64,000 nucleotides of DNA from Octopus vulgaris (taxonomy: Eukaryota): contig OX597824.1 in NCBI GenBank assembly GCA_951406725.2, forward strand, positions 11,160,001 to 11,224,000. Reading direction: 5' to 3'. Shown here one piece after another: positions 1-12,329 of this stretch (the first letter of the stretch is position 1; each line of letters opens with the position of its first letter). The position numbers and the translations under genes were made by a program. The notes beneath the pieces are model-generated. The model made no database searches. It worked only from the letters and a program-made list of their open reading frames with translations, and had not been told where the DNA came from.

Positions 1-194
1 GTAGTGATCAACAACTTTTTATAATGGCCTACTTGATATTTTTAGATGTGTTTATGGCTTATATGTTAATCATATCTTACAGATAATAATATCCTTGCAT
101 GCCCACCACCTATCTTTTTTTCCCATCCCTGGCAATGTTTATGTAAGCAAAAATCAAATTATTACAAAAGACTGTTTAAAAGCCATCAACTGTT

Positions 195-572
195 CAGTGG
201 CTTGGGTTAGAAGATCACTTCTAAACCAAATGGTTTTGGGTTCAGTCCCTCTGCACAGCACCTTGGGTAAGTGTCTTTTTACAATAACCCCAAATCAACC
301 AATGCCTTGAGAGTGAATTTGGTAGATGGAAACTGTATGGAAGCCCATCATATGTACACATGTATGCGTGTGTGTGTGTGTGTGTTGGTATTGGTGCCCC
401 TGCCACATGACAACAGGTGTTGGTTTATTTATGTTCTTGTAACTTAACAGTTCAGCAAAAAAGGCCAACAGAATGTGCTAGACTTAAAAAAAAAAGTACT
501 GAGGTTGATTCAAAACGGTGCTTCAGCATGGCCACAGTCCAGTGACTGAAACAAATAAAAGAAAATAAAGAT
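195..572 (+). mobile_element. tRNA-derived SINE family A, degenerate copy
   Basis: B-box-like GGTTCAGTCC head, GAATTTGGTAGATGGAAACTG body, internal (TG)n and CATGGCCACAGTC..GACTGAAACAA tail shared with other copies. Confidence 0.8.
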
Positions 573-599
573 AAATGTTTGAGACTCAAAGAGAATATT

Positions 600-2552
600 T
601 CAGTGGTCCACCTGCAACCAATCCTTAGCACAGAAGCTCCCTTATTGGTTTAGTTGTATTAGCAAATAAATAAAGTCACGTACATTGAACCTGAATCTAA
701 GAGGGAGTTCAAAACTTAGGCCTCAGTGAAATACTTTACTGGTATTTTGTATATTAGTTTTCATTGAAATCAACCAGTAACAAGTAAAATTTGAGCCAAC
801 AGCCCTAAGACCTCAACCTGAATACCAAGAAGAATTTGGATTCTTTGAAAACAAACATCAACTTGTAGAAATTGTGAGCCGAGTAATCAGCTGTGCCAGT
901 CTTATCAAGCTTTTGCTTGACCTTTCTGTCTCATTCTCAAGTCTAGCAAACGACCATAAGGGTCAGGCCAGCATTTCTTATTCAGACTGATAATTATTTA
1001 TTACATAGGCACAAGCCACAAACTTTTGGTTGAAGTACTTATATTTTGCCTCATGCCAAGACTAAAAAAAACCCCCAAAAAACAGCCCCTGCTGACCAAA
1101 CACAACACTATGATTAATATCAACTGTCATTGATAATTAAAAAAAAATCAAACATTAAAAAAAATATTTATTAACAGTGAAACAATAGCTGTTGCTGTTT
1201 ATGAGGATAGCCATGGGTCAGTTTTGCTGTATTACACACAAAACAGAAGCAGAAAACCAAAGATGTTAAGCTGAACAGATCTTTGTTACAACACCCACCC
1301 TATTTCACTAACCGAGATGATTATTTGGTTAAGGGTTCTAATCATGGCATTCTGGTCTAAAATGTGATCACATTTTGAAAACTGGTAAAATAGTCATTGA
1401 TAAAGATTTAGCTGTTACACTGTAAGGGTTGAAAGGAGAACATAACATTTTCTTCACTGACATGTAACAGCTCACATTCTTGGTTAAAATAGATCTACGT
1501 GATAAAATGGTTTACACAATGCTTGGAAATTCTTAACTGCTGCAACTTTATAAGCAAATAACCAGCAGAACTGAATAAGCTTTGGTAAAATGTGAACTCA
1601 AAATAACGAAGCACTAATTAATTAAACAGTGCAGTAAGGCTGATTTTGTAACAAAGGTTTGTCTTCCCTTAATACCGAATTTCAGCTACTCATATGAACT
1701 GTGTGAGTATTAAAAGGAACCGTGTGAAGTATCTGCAGGATACGGAACTTCAAGGAGTTACTAAACTGGGAATCATAGACTGGAGTAACCATTCACTGAA
1801 CCAGTGGTCCAAAAATGAAAAGGGAAAGTGAAAGTACATTTTAAATTTAACAATTTGTGCCCAAAGCTCTCTTTCAAAAGAATATGTGTTAAATCCCTGA
1901 TCAAGCTCCTTTATTTTCCGATTTCAGTTCCAGTATTTTTTTTTTTTTCTGTTGCACCAGACAAAAGAAGAATACGGCCGGGATTAAAACATAAAAAATG
2001 AACACAAGATGAATAATAGTTATTAGAAGCCTGATACTGTTATAGATAGATATTTTAAAGAAGAACAAACGTTATCACTATGGTATATAGTTTGCTTTAA
2101 TAAAAAAGATATGAAGTTAAGTTTATTTTGCTTCTTTTTTTTTTGCAAAAAAAAAAACAAAAACATTTGGAATGTGTATATTTTTTAAATAGGATTATTG
2201 TTCAGGAGTATCTTGGGATTTTAGTTTTGGAATGGACTGGATATAATTATTTGTTTATTGTTGTCATCATAAGACTTTATTGGGCAAGACTAGACACAGG
2301 GAACTCATATGTAAAAACAAAAACAAAAAAAAAAAAACCGGGGGGTGGAGCAAATTTGGCAAGGAGCTAAGCTGTTGTGTTACAGACTTTCATACACATG
2401 TGAAATGGGGGGAGAAAGAGAAAGAGAGAAAGAAGAATATAGGGAAGACAAAAGGTGTATAAAAGAAAGTAAAACTTAAAATATATTCAACTCCCTAATG
2501 TTTTCAAGTTAAATATATAATTTAACATTTTTTTTTTCCAGTATCATTACCA
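600..2552 (-). other. Probable 3' UTR of the exon-B isoform
   Basis: Almost free of the SINEs that fill the intron. U-rich on the minus strand, with several minus-strand AATAAA hexamers (plus-strand TTTATT near 2253, 2122, 1910, 1167, 998). True end unknown. Confidence 0.45.
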
Positions 2553-2696
2553 TTAACCAAGAACATATCTCGGCTCTAGATCTTGTGGATACACAGAGAA
2601 GATTCCTACCGCAGGGGGGTATGCATAAGGACACATCTTTCCTGCTTTAAAGTATTTCCAAAGCATTATGAAACATCGCTTTATCTTCCGTAGGAT
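2553..2696 (-). CDS. Alternative terminal coding exon B: ILRKIKRCFIMLWKYFKAGKMCPYAYPPAVGIFSVYPQDLEPRYVLG* (243-aa isoform if spliced directly to exon 1)
   Basis: Acceptor tattttgtattacag|ATC. Open in phase 0 to TAA at 2555-2553. Colinear similarity to exon A. Followed by about 2 kb of repeat-poor sequence. Confidence 0.75.
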   Translation of the reverse strand: MLRKIKRCFIMLWKYFKAGKMCPYAYPPAVGIFSVYPQDLEPRYVLG

Positions 2697-2862
2697 CTGT
2701 AATACAAAATATTGAAATATAAGCAAGCTGTTATCAAAGATATTGGATATTGTTACTAAAAAAAAAAAAAAATGTTCTTTTACATAAATTTAGCAAACAT
2801 TGAATGATGATTGTTTTAGAATAAGAAACATGTCTGGTGTCTTAGCTACCTGTTCAATTCTT

Positions 2863-3276
2863 GGATCTTTTCGGTTTGAACGGCAGTTTTTTCTAGCGGT
2901 GTCATATGAAAATGTCACCCATAATTATGACCCTAGTATTGATCTATTGCATTTCAATCTGTTTTAGGGTTAGGGTTAGTTAGGGTATCTTTCTTTCTTC
3001 ACAAATGAAAATAAACCCAATTTGTTTCTTAAACGAGGGACATATTCATACACGGCACAATGTTTTTTACCTAATGGACGTCAGTGATTGGTTGAAATTG
3101 CAGAAATTGAAGAAAAAAAACAACAAATATCTTACAAACTATAGAATTTTCTCAATAAAGCCAAGAGAAAAAGATGTTTTATAAACACATTCTACCAGTG
3201 TATGAAGTTTAAAAATTTTTTGGTTATGTTAAAAATTAAATTATGTTAAAAATTGCCATTCAAACTGAAAAGATCC
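2863..3276. mobile_element. Non-autonomous DNA transposon (Merlin-like), 414 bp
   Basis: TIRs GGATCTTTTCGGTTTGAACGGCA / TGCCATTCAAACTGAAAAGATCC. Perfect 8-bp TSD CAATTCTT (2855-2862, 3277-3284). GG-starting TIRs with an 8-bp TSD fit Merlin. Internal TTAGGG repeats at about 2964-2985. Confidence 0.8.
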
Positions 3277-3479
3277 CAATTCTTATATTAATGATTTCTT
3301 GATAGAACTATATCTAGCTTCATCATTATGGTTTCACCCAAGTTATATATGTCAGCTGTTTTATAGCTTTACAACAAATGAAACTCACAAAGAAAGTTTT
3401 GTGGAAACAGGCAAACTAGTAACCTATTGAAACCCAGATCAAGAAGAGGCTAGGGCACACCCTATGGGAACCAGTTTCC

Positions 3480-4128
3480 AATAGAACAAGGAAAGTTCAC
3501 CAATGGACAAAACTCCCAAGGAAGACACAAACATAGACCAAAACCAACATGGAAAAGATCCACCGAAACTGAAGCATTGGCAGGCAGTTGCACCAGGGGA
3601 CAATTGCAATCTCTTGTTTCTTATTTCTTTACTACCCAGAAGGGGCTACACACAGAGGGGACAAACAAGGACAGACAAAGGGATTAAGTGTATTACATTG
3701 ACCCCAGTGCATAACTGGTACTTATTTAATCGACTCCGAAAGGATGAAAGGCAAAGTCGACCTCGGTGGAATTTGAACTCAGAACGTAGCGGCAGACGAA
3801 ATACCGCTAAGCATTTTGCCAGGCGTACTAATGCTTCTGCCAGCTCGCAATCTCTTGTTTCTTTATTGCCCACAAGGGGCTAAACATAGAGGGGACAAAC
3901 AAGGACAGACAAAGGGATTAAGTCGATTACATCGACCCCAGTGCATAACTAGTACTTATTTAATCAACCCCGAAAGGATGAAAGGCAAAGTCGACCTCGG
4001 TGGAATTTGAACTCAGAACGTAGCGGCAGACGAAACACCACTAAGCATTTCACCCGGCGTACTAATGCTTCTGCCAGTTAGCAATCTCTTGTTGGTGCCC
4101 TGTGCTCCACATGGAGTTATAGGAACTA
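3480..4128 (+). pseudogene. RTE-clade LINE 3' remnant split by two SINE B copies
   Basis: Translates HRPKPTWKRSTETE before, and QSLVGALCSTWSYRN* after, the SINE insertion. Both match typical RTE ORF C-terminal motifs. Confidence 0.6.
3619..4080 (-). mobile_element. Two tandem SINE family B copies
   Basis: Each has GTTCTGAGTTCAAATTCC and GCCTTTCATCCTTTCGG.GT.GAT. GCAATCTCTTGTT occurs at 3606, 3847 and 4081. Confidence 0.9.
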
Positions 4129-4170
4129 GATTTGTATGAAAACAGTCAAATTTGTACATAATCACATACT

Positions 4171-4548
4171 TTCTCTTTTTACTATTTTACTTGTTTCAGT
4201 CATTTGACTGTGGCCATGCTGGAACACCGCCTTTAGTCGAGCAAGTCGACCCCAGGACTTATTCTTTGGAAACCTAGTACTTATTTCATTGGCCTCTTTT
4301 GCTGAACCGCTAAGTTACGGGGACGTAAACACACCACCATTGGTTGTCAAGGGATGTTGGGGAGGGACAAACACAGACACACAAACATACATTCTTATAT
4401 ATACATATATACGATGGGCTTCTTCTCAGTTTCCGTCAACCAAATCCACTCACAAGGCTTTGGTCGGCCCGAGGCTATAGTAGAAGACATTAGCCCAAGG
4501 TGCCACACAGTGGGACTGAACCCGAAACCATGTGGTTCGTAAGCAAGC
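4171..4548 (-). mobile_element. SINE family A
   Basis: Near full-length match to the family A copies at 24884 and 52819. Confidence 0.9.
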
Positions 4549-4919
4549 AGATTTGTACAAAAACACCATGCCAGGTTTGTACCAAAGCACCAATCAAGGT
4601 TTATACTGAAGTACAGAACCAGATTTGTTGTCATTGTTTTAGCCACATATTTTTACTATACGTTTTTATGCCTTTTACTGAATCTACTAAAATCACACAT
4701 TTTTCTTTTTCTCTAAATTATTTGCTTTTCTTATCTTGATTACAATATCAAGATATCTTCCTGAAATAGCATGATACCCAAAAAACAGAACTAGCTCAAA
4801 GAATTCTCTCTCTAAATGTCACGATTTCAATAGATTTTCTCATGTTTGGCTTTAAATGTTTGACTTTAAATGCCAAAAATTTACTAATAAAATAATCGTT
4901 ATCATCAATGACTCATGAA

Positions 4920-5175
4920 AGCATATGACCTTGTAGTTAGTGTGTTACACTCGTGATCTTGCAATTGTGGTTTTGATTCCTGTACTGGGAGCCGGATTGT
5001 ATTCTTGAGCAAAACACTTCATATCATATTGCTCCAGTTCAGGAGCAATATGATATGACAGCCTGGCATTCTGTTCAGGGTAACAGACTGGAATCCTGTT
5101 CAGGGAGAATATTGTGATCTCAGTCACTGATATTGCCATGAAAGTGGATGACTAGCCCTATGAATCCTAGGACTC
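4920..5175 (+). mobile_element. Degenerate tRNA-derived SINE (family D / V-domain-like)
   Basis: Similar to 36694-36945: GATTCCTG..., TTCTTGAGCAAAACACTTCAT, GACTGGAATCCTGTTCAGGG. Confidence 0.6.
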
Positions 5176-5859
5176 ACGATGGTACTTACTTATCAGTGAC
5201 TCACAATTTGTCATCCTGGCATAAAACAAACATATCAGAAAGAAATTATGAAAAATACTCGAGATATGGTAATGAAGAACCTAGACAAGTCGTAACATGC
5301 TGTGACGCCTGACCAACCCAAGTCAGCTTGAAAAAAAACAAAAGGACACACACACACACACACAAAAATCAGACAAAAATATGAAGGTTAGGATTATATA
5401 TATTTTTTGTTTAATTCCATCTATACTCTGTGATTAATTCACTAACCAATCAATTGATGAATAACCTTGGATTTACAGTTCATATGGATTGCTTGGTAGA
5501 TTTGGCCAATTCAGATTCTTATATTCTCTACCTGACACTCTGTTACACAGGTGCATTTTTTTTTTTTTTTAATTTTCACAGTGAGTACTGAGTGCCATAT
5601 TCACCTGGATTTCTTCAATCACTCAAACCCACCTGTTCACCCACACAGCATTTGTAGATTTTCCTAAAATATTAGGTTAGTGAGTAAAACTATTGAAGAA
5701 AGAAATCAAAATTGGACCATGAAGACTTACCGGATCAATACCAATATGTGTGTGTGTGTGTGTGTGTGTGTATATCTTACACACACAAATGAAATGATAG
5801 ATATCAATAATACAAAAATTAATATATAACTTTTAAGCAAAAGATATCAAATAATCAAC

Positions 5860-5881
5860 AAATATATACATAAATGTATAT

Positions 5882-5912
<31 letters not shown>

Positions 5913-6203
5913 CATACACATATGTATATATACATACACACACACATATGTATATACATACACACACATATATATATATACACACACACACATATATATA
6001 TATACACACACACACATATATATATATATACATACACACACACATATATATATATACATACACACACACACATATATATATACATACACACACACATATA
6101 TATATATATACATATATGTATATATACATACATATATGTATATATATATATACATATATGTATATATACATACACACACATATATATATACATACACACA
6201 CAC

Positions 6204-6256
<53 letters not shown>

Positions 6257-6864
6257 CATATATGTATATATACATACATATATGTATACATACACACACA
6301 CACATATATATATATATATACATATATGTATATATACATACATATATGTATACATACACACACACACATATATATATATATACATATATGTATATATACA
6401 TACATATATGTATACATACACACACACACATATATGTATATATACATATATGTATATATACATACATATATGTATATACACACACACACATATATATATA
6501 TATATACATATATGTATATATACATACATATATGTATATATATATATACATATATGTATATATACATACACACACATATATATATACATACATATATATA
6601 CACACATACATATATATACACACATACATATATACACATATATATACACACATACATATATACACACATACATAAATATACACATACATATATACATACA
6701 TACATATATATACATACATACGTATATATACATACATATACATACATACATACATATACATACATACATACATATACATACATACATACATACATACATA
6801 CACACATACATACATACACACATACATATACATACATACATACATACATACATACATACATACA

Positions 6865-6896
<32 letters not shown>

Positions 6897-6910
6897 CATA
6901 TACATATATA
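5860..6910. repeat. About 1.05-kb compound (TA)n/(CA)n/(TACA)n microsatellite
   Basis: Almost pure alternating purine-pyrimidine sequence. It is the source of six spurious 179-352 aa ORFs. Confidence 0.97.
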
Positions 6911-8179
6911 AGTGATACTAGTCTTTAAGACTAGTAATCAAGCTGAAAAATGACAATGTAAAAATGATAAATATTAACATCAAAGAGGCAGAAAACAGTA
7001 TCAAGCTGACACATGATAATATCACATGCACCAAGCAATAATATCAGACAGGCAGCATACCAAGATCAAGCAAACAAATGATATCTGGCTAACTGGTAAA
7101 TTATAGTATCAAGCAGGTGATGATATCAAACATGCAAATAGTGATATTGAACAAAGCAATGATACAAAAAGCAAATATTGATAATAAGAAAAAAATATTA
7201 ATAGTAATAATAAAAATTAATGAAATTACACAAGTTTAAAGGATTTAGTACAGTTTTATTAGGGGATGTTAATTAAAGTCACATGATTAGGAGTTAAACC
7301 AGTACAGTCAGTGAAGTCAATCAAGCCATATGTCATTAGTGAAATTACTATTTTAATATGTTAGAGAACCTCATAGATATAATTAGTTAGGTTTCTAAGC
7401 ATGTTGTATTAATATAACCAGTTTAATTAATTAGATTAATAAGACCATTCTAGAGAGAACTTTAATGTTATCATTACTTTAGATGTTTGTTTATCAGTGA
7501 GAAGAATCAAGCTATAAGTCCCTAAATTTGAGACTAGTTATTAATTTGGTGAAATCACATTATTAACTTTCTCTGTGTTTCTATCTAATTTACAGTTTTA
7601 TCATTTTTTTTTCAGTTTCTTCATATCCATATCGCATCATGCCCTTTTCGTTACATTTTTACTTTGGTCTGATAGTCCTAACTCTTCATCTGCTTTTAAT
7701 ACCCACCATAAAAAGACAATGAGCGAGCCTCTATGTAGTTGTTCAACCTGCTAGAAATGGCAGTCAAATATCCTTTAAATTACATCCTAATGTTCTAAAT
7801 AAAAAAAGGACACACTATATAATGTAGCATCCTACATATTTATAAGAAAGTCTGAATAATCTTAACTGGTATATTTCTAATCATAAGTCTGCTCATTCAG
7901 AACTGACCATACCACCACCACTACCTCCAACACCACCAACTGGTCCTTGAGTGCCTTTAGCAGAGCTCTGTTATAGAGTCCTTAGACCAGATCCTTGGTT
8001 CCCTTCTTACATCAATTACATTAATCTCACCAGTTTAAGAGCAACAGCACAGAATGGTCATAGTTCCAGCCCAGCCCTTCTCCTTTGGCTAACATAAGTT
8101 AAAAAACAGAAATTTATAACAGCATTGAACTTAGGAACCAGTATTCTTATCTGTTCTTAAGCTACAATTGCAAAATAGA

Positions 8180-8407
8180 TTAACCCTTTCATTACTGTAT
8201 TTCTGTTGAGATGCTCTGTGTTTCTTTCAATTACTTGAAATATAACAAAGAATTTAGTAAACTAACTTAGTTATCATTCAGCTAGTGTTAGGAACATAGA
8301 TTGTGACTAAGGTTTGGTGGAAGATTTTAATTCCAAACTTATGAAAACAAGACATTTGTACTCAGAGCCAGAGTCGGTTTCAGCTGGGTTGGTAATGAAA
8401 GGGTTAA
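8180..8407. mobile_element. piggyBac-type MITE (family E)
   Basis: TTAA at both ends, TIR CCCTTTCATTAC / GTAATGAAAGGG. Second copy at 11935. Confidence 0.9.
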
Positions 8408-8504
8408 AGATTTGTCAGGAAGTTCTTCAGCAAAACTATATAGAGATTGGATTGCTGAGTCCATTTTAGGAATATGGTAAAGCATTACTCTTGTAGCAAA
8501 TATA

Positions 8505-9150
8505 ATCCTTTCTTATTTTGGTACAAGGCCAGCAATTTTGAGGGAAGGAGTCTAGTTGATTACATTGACCCTAGTACTTAACTGGTACTTATTTTATCAA
8601 CCCTGAAAGGATGAAAGGCAAAGGTGACCTAGACAGAATTTGAACCGAGAATGTAAGTACAGGTGAACTGCTACTAATCATTTTGTCTGATGAGCAAACA
8701 ATTCTATCCCCCACCTTAATAGCAGCAAATATTATTATTATTATTAAGGTGGTGAGCTGGCAGAATCGTTAGCATGCTGGGCGAAATGCTTACTGGTATT
8801 TCGTCTGCCGCTACGTTCTGAGTTCAAATTCCGCTGACGTCGACTTTGCCTTTCATCCTTTTGGGGTCGATTAAATAAGTACCAGTTACGCACTGGGGTC
8901 GATATAATCGACTTAATCCGTTTGTCTGTCCTTGTTTGTCCCCTCTGTGTTTAGCCCCTTGTAGGTAGTAAAGAAATAGATATTTCATCTACCGCTATGT
9001 TCCGAGTTCAAATTCCGCCAGGATTGACTTTGCCTATCATTCCTTTAAGGTTGATTAAACAAGTACCAGTTACGCACTGGGGATCGATGTAATCAACTTA
9101 ATCCTTTCCCCCAAATTTGAGGCCATGTGCTGCTTCCAGTAGAAAGGATT
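8505..9150. mobile_element. Older B-related SINE (minus, about 8505-8720) followed by a SINE B dimer (plus, about 8748-9150)
   Basis: Family B head and body motifs in opposite orientations, separated by (ATT)n. Confidence 0.85.
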
Positions 9151-9199
9151 ATTACTATTATTATTAATAATAATGGACATTGAAGATGACATGAGCATT

Positions 9200-9680
9200 C
9201 AGCTTTTGTGGAACAACTTGCATAAATGATTTGTTCGTAGGGACCAAATGTATGTGCTGTACATTAGCTGACTCCCTCCATCAAATTGACATTACCTGTA
9301 CAGGTGCACAAGTGTGGTACACGTCAGATGTCGAAATGATCGCAAAGTAACATGAAATGAAGTGTTTTACTCAAGAACACAGTGCACTGCTTGGTCCAGG
9401 AATTGAACCCATGGTCTAGCAATCACAAGTGCAACACCCTAACCACTAGGTCATGTGCTTTCACTTAATATTAATCATTTCTACTATAGGCACAAGACTT
9501 AAAATTTTGGGGTAAGGGGGCTAGTTGATTACATTGACCCCAGTTCATAACTAACACTTTATCAACCCCAAGAGCTTGAAAGGCAAAGTTGACCTCGGCA
9601 GAATTTGAACTCAGACTGTAATGACATGAAATGCTGCTTAGCATTTTGCCCAGCGTGCTAACAATTCTGCCAGCTTACTT
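9200..9680 (-). mobile_element. Degenerate tRNA-SINE (about 9200-9465) and B-related SINE (about 9475-9680)
   Basis: Reverse-strand tRNA-like head (GGTTCAATTCCTGGACC) and family B motifs. Confidence 0.65.
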
Positions 9681-9828
9681 GCTGGTTTCTACAAGAGTCC
9701 AGAGCAGGGAAAATCTAACAATTGACTTTCTCACTACCAGTCCTTACACATATTGAGTTCTAACACTTAGTTATTGGTACCATTGTAAGTAAGCAAAATC
9801 CTAAAATGTATATGTGTGTGTGTGTATA

Positions 9829-10010
9829 TCATGCTCGGAATGGTCAGTGGCAAGAGAGGAAGAGGCCGACCAAGAACCCGCTGGCTTGACATCATCAAGA
9901 ATGATACCGGAATGGACATAGCTAATCTGAAAGAAGTGGCCCAGGATAGAACTGACTGGAGGACACTGATCCAACGAGTGACCGAGAGTCGACTTCGACT
10001 GAGCGGCTAG
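9829..10010 (+). pseudogene. RTE (BovB-like) LINE 3' end
   Basis: IMLGMVSGKRGRGRPRTRWLD...AQDRTDWRTLIQRVTESRLRL is a classic RTE C-terminus. Confidence 0.85.
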
Positions 10011-10425
10011 AGAGAGAGAGCTTTTACATATCTAACAACACCTCATCTACTGTTTAACAATCTACGTCTGTAAGTTATTGATCTGTGTTTAGTAGATGTA
10101 AATGCATACTATATTAATACATTTTTAACTAATATCACAAAACACATATAGGTCGTTAATGAATGTATATTAGTATGTGATGGGTGTACTAATGTTAAAA
10201 TGTAAATTTGTAATGATATCAATTAATTTTAATTAACACAGAAGATTAATTAATACTACTGAATTTCAAATACAAAGGGGAAAACAATGACAAGCAACAT
10301 TCATTTGTCATCTTTGAATATTTTTAGACATGCATTCAAGATGCAAGACAGAAAATTTGCAGGGTGGTTGAATTAAGAGACAGGCAGCGGGTAATAGGAA
10401 GAGAATATAGAATTGAAACCTTTGT

Positions 10426-10536
10426 CTAGGGTCCTGTTAAATAGAGACAAGGAGCCGGAGGTGTAAAGCCAATTATGAAAGCTTCTTTTAGAATTTGCAT
10501 AGAAACACGAGCACCATGCCCAAGTTTCTTCTTAAT
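10426..10536 (-). CDS. Alternative terminal coding exon A: IKKKLGHGARVSMQILKEAFIIGFTPPAPCLYLTGP* (232-aa isoform if spliced directly to exon 1)
   Basis: Strong acceptor (ttctttgttttgttgaattttcag|ATT). Open in phase 0 to TAG at 10428-10426. Continues the basic RRKR run of exon 1, aligns to exon B, and is followed by repeat-poor sequence. Confidence 0.72.
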   Translation of the reverse strand: MKKKLGHGARVSMQILKEAFIIGFTPPAPCLYLTGP

Positions 10537-10643
10537 CTGAAAATTCAACAAAACAAAGAAAATATATGTAGATATAAGAGATGAGACAAATAAGAAATAT
10601 GAATAAAAATATATATGTGATGTGTGTTTATTGTTGTTGTTGC

Positions 10644-10685
<42 letters not shown>

Positions 10686-10994
10686 GGTGGTATAGTTTCT
10701 TTCCTTTTCACCTTTTGCACATTCATTGGACTGTGGTAAAGAATTGGTGTTAGATTATAAGGTGGAGAATCAATAGCTCAAATAAGACTCAGGTATCTGG
10801 GACAGTGCCATCTATACCTTCTTTAACCATTCTCCATTCGCTCATGGAAGTCATACAAATTTTAGAATCACTGATTATAGTTGAAACTGTAAATTTCTCC
10901 TCAACTTCATGGCTAAATAGTTAATCATTGGTAAATCAAGCAGTTATAAAGATTTGCTACAAAATCATCTTGAACAGCAAGGTGAATGAATGCG

Positions 10995-11470
10995 TCATCA
11001 TCATCATCATCATCATCATCATCGTTTAACGTCTGCTTTCCATGCTAGCATGGGTTGGACGATTTTAACCGAGGGCTGGCGAACCAGATGGCTGCACCAG
11101 GCTCCAATCTTGATTTGGCAGAGTTTCTACAGCTGGATGCCCTTCCTAATGCCAACCACTCCGAGAGTGTAGTGGGTGCTTTTTACGTGCCACCGGCATG
11201 GAGGCCAGTCAGGTGGTACTGGCAACGACCTCACTCGAATCTTTTTACACATGCCACCAGCACAGGTGCCAGTAAGGCGACGTTGGTAACGATCACGCTC
11301 AAATGGTGCCCTTTTACGTGCCACGGGTATGGAAGCCAGTTGGCTGCTCTGGCAATGATCACACTCGGATGGTGCTCTTGGTACCCTACTAGCACAGGCA
11401 CAAGTGCCAGTAAGGTGACGCTGGTAACGATCACGCTCGAATGGTGCCTTTTATGTGCCACTGGCACAGA
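10995..11470 (-). mobile_element. Family C retro-repeat (RTE-type 3' UTR or SINE) with (GAT)n tail and internal ~60-bp repeats
   Basis: Minus strand carries GTGGTTGGCATTAGGAAGGGCATCCAGCTGTAGAAAC and ends in (GAT)n. Many copies in the window. Confidence 0.88.
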
Positions 11471-11934
11471 AGTGTGTAATAATTCTACATTTTTGAGTTG
11501 GTACTATTTTCTTGCTCAACAGGTCATCACAAACATTACATGTGTGTGTGTGTGTGAAGAAAAATTTATCAATAGAAGGTTAACAGTAAATCAATGAACA
11601 TGGTCCCGCACTCTGGAACTTAAAAGAAAACGAAAGACCACATGGGCATGATAGGAGGAAATTTTGTTACTCCTATTTCAGTCTAGACAGTGGTGAAAAG
11701 AAAACAAAAAAAAGTTCAGACTACCACTGTATATTTATACAATAAACCATAATTTGAGTACATCACATGATTCTCAACTGAGAGGAGGGGTAGAATAACT
11801 TGAGTAATGCTTCTGTGGGTCACACATCACTATCTCAACCAGTGCTGACCTGGAGTTAAACAACCACTAACTACTGCCATCACCATTGCATTGAACGTCC
11901 ACTTTTCCATGCTCGCATGGATCAGATGAATTTG

Positions 11935-12157
11935 TTAACCCTTTCATTTCTGAATTTCTGTTGAGATGCTCTGTGTTTCTTTCAATTACTTTAAATATAA
12001 ACAAAGAATTTAGTAAATTAACTTAGTTATCATTCAGCTAGTGTTAGGAACATAAATTGTGACTTGGTGGAAGATTTTAATTCAAAACTTATGAAAACAA
12101 GACATTGTACTACAGAGCCAGAGCCGGTTTCAGCCGGGTTGGTAATGAAAGGGTTAA
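11935..12157. mobile_element. piggyBac-type MITE (family E) nested in a degenerate family C copy
   Basis: TTAA ends and the same TIRs as 8180-8407. Flanks (about 11885-11934 and 12158-12290) continue a family C-like sequence. Confidence 0.88.
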
Positions 12158-12329
12158 GGCAGATTTTCTACAGCTGGGTGCCCTTACTATCACCAACTCT
12201 TGCCTGTTTCTAGACAGAGTAATATTTCCCCATGGCCAGACATGTTTTTCATGGAAGAGTGATGATGATGCTTGTTTACAATCATCACGTGATATGAAGA
12301 ATACACACACACACACACGTATATATAAA

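Noticed and set aside
2964-2985. Telomere or chromosome fusion scar
   Set aside because: Only a few TTAGGG units, internal to a TIR element. The same applies to the CCCTAA run at about 16550.
3503-4010. ORFs with RPRKDERQSRPR or PERMKGKVDLGGI; also RRASFSFRLPNPLTRLW ORFs elsewhere
   Set aside because: Translations of SINE B and SINE A respectively.
5833-6928. Six long ORFs (179-352 aa) rich in Y/I/H/T/C/V/M
   Set aside because: Translations of a TA/CA microsatellite that lacks stops. The same applies to ORFs at about 48680-49160 and 51830-52580.
11055-11597. Recurrent ORFs containing DLAEFLQLDALPNANHSESVVGAF read as a gene family
   Set aside because: Antisense translations of family C repeats, with inconsistent frames and ends.
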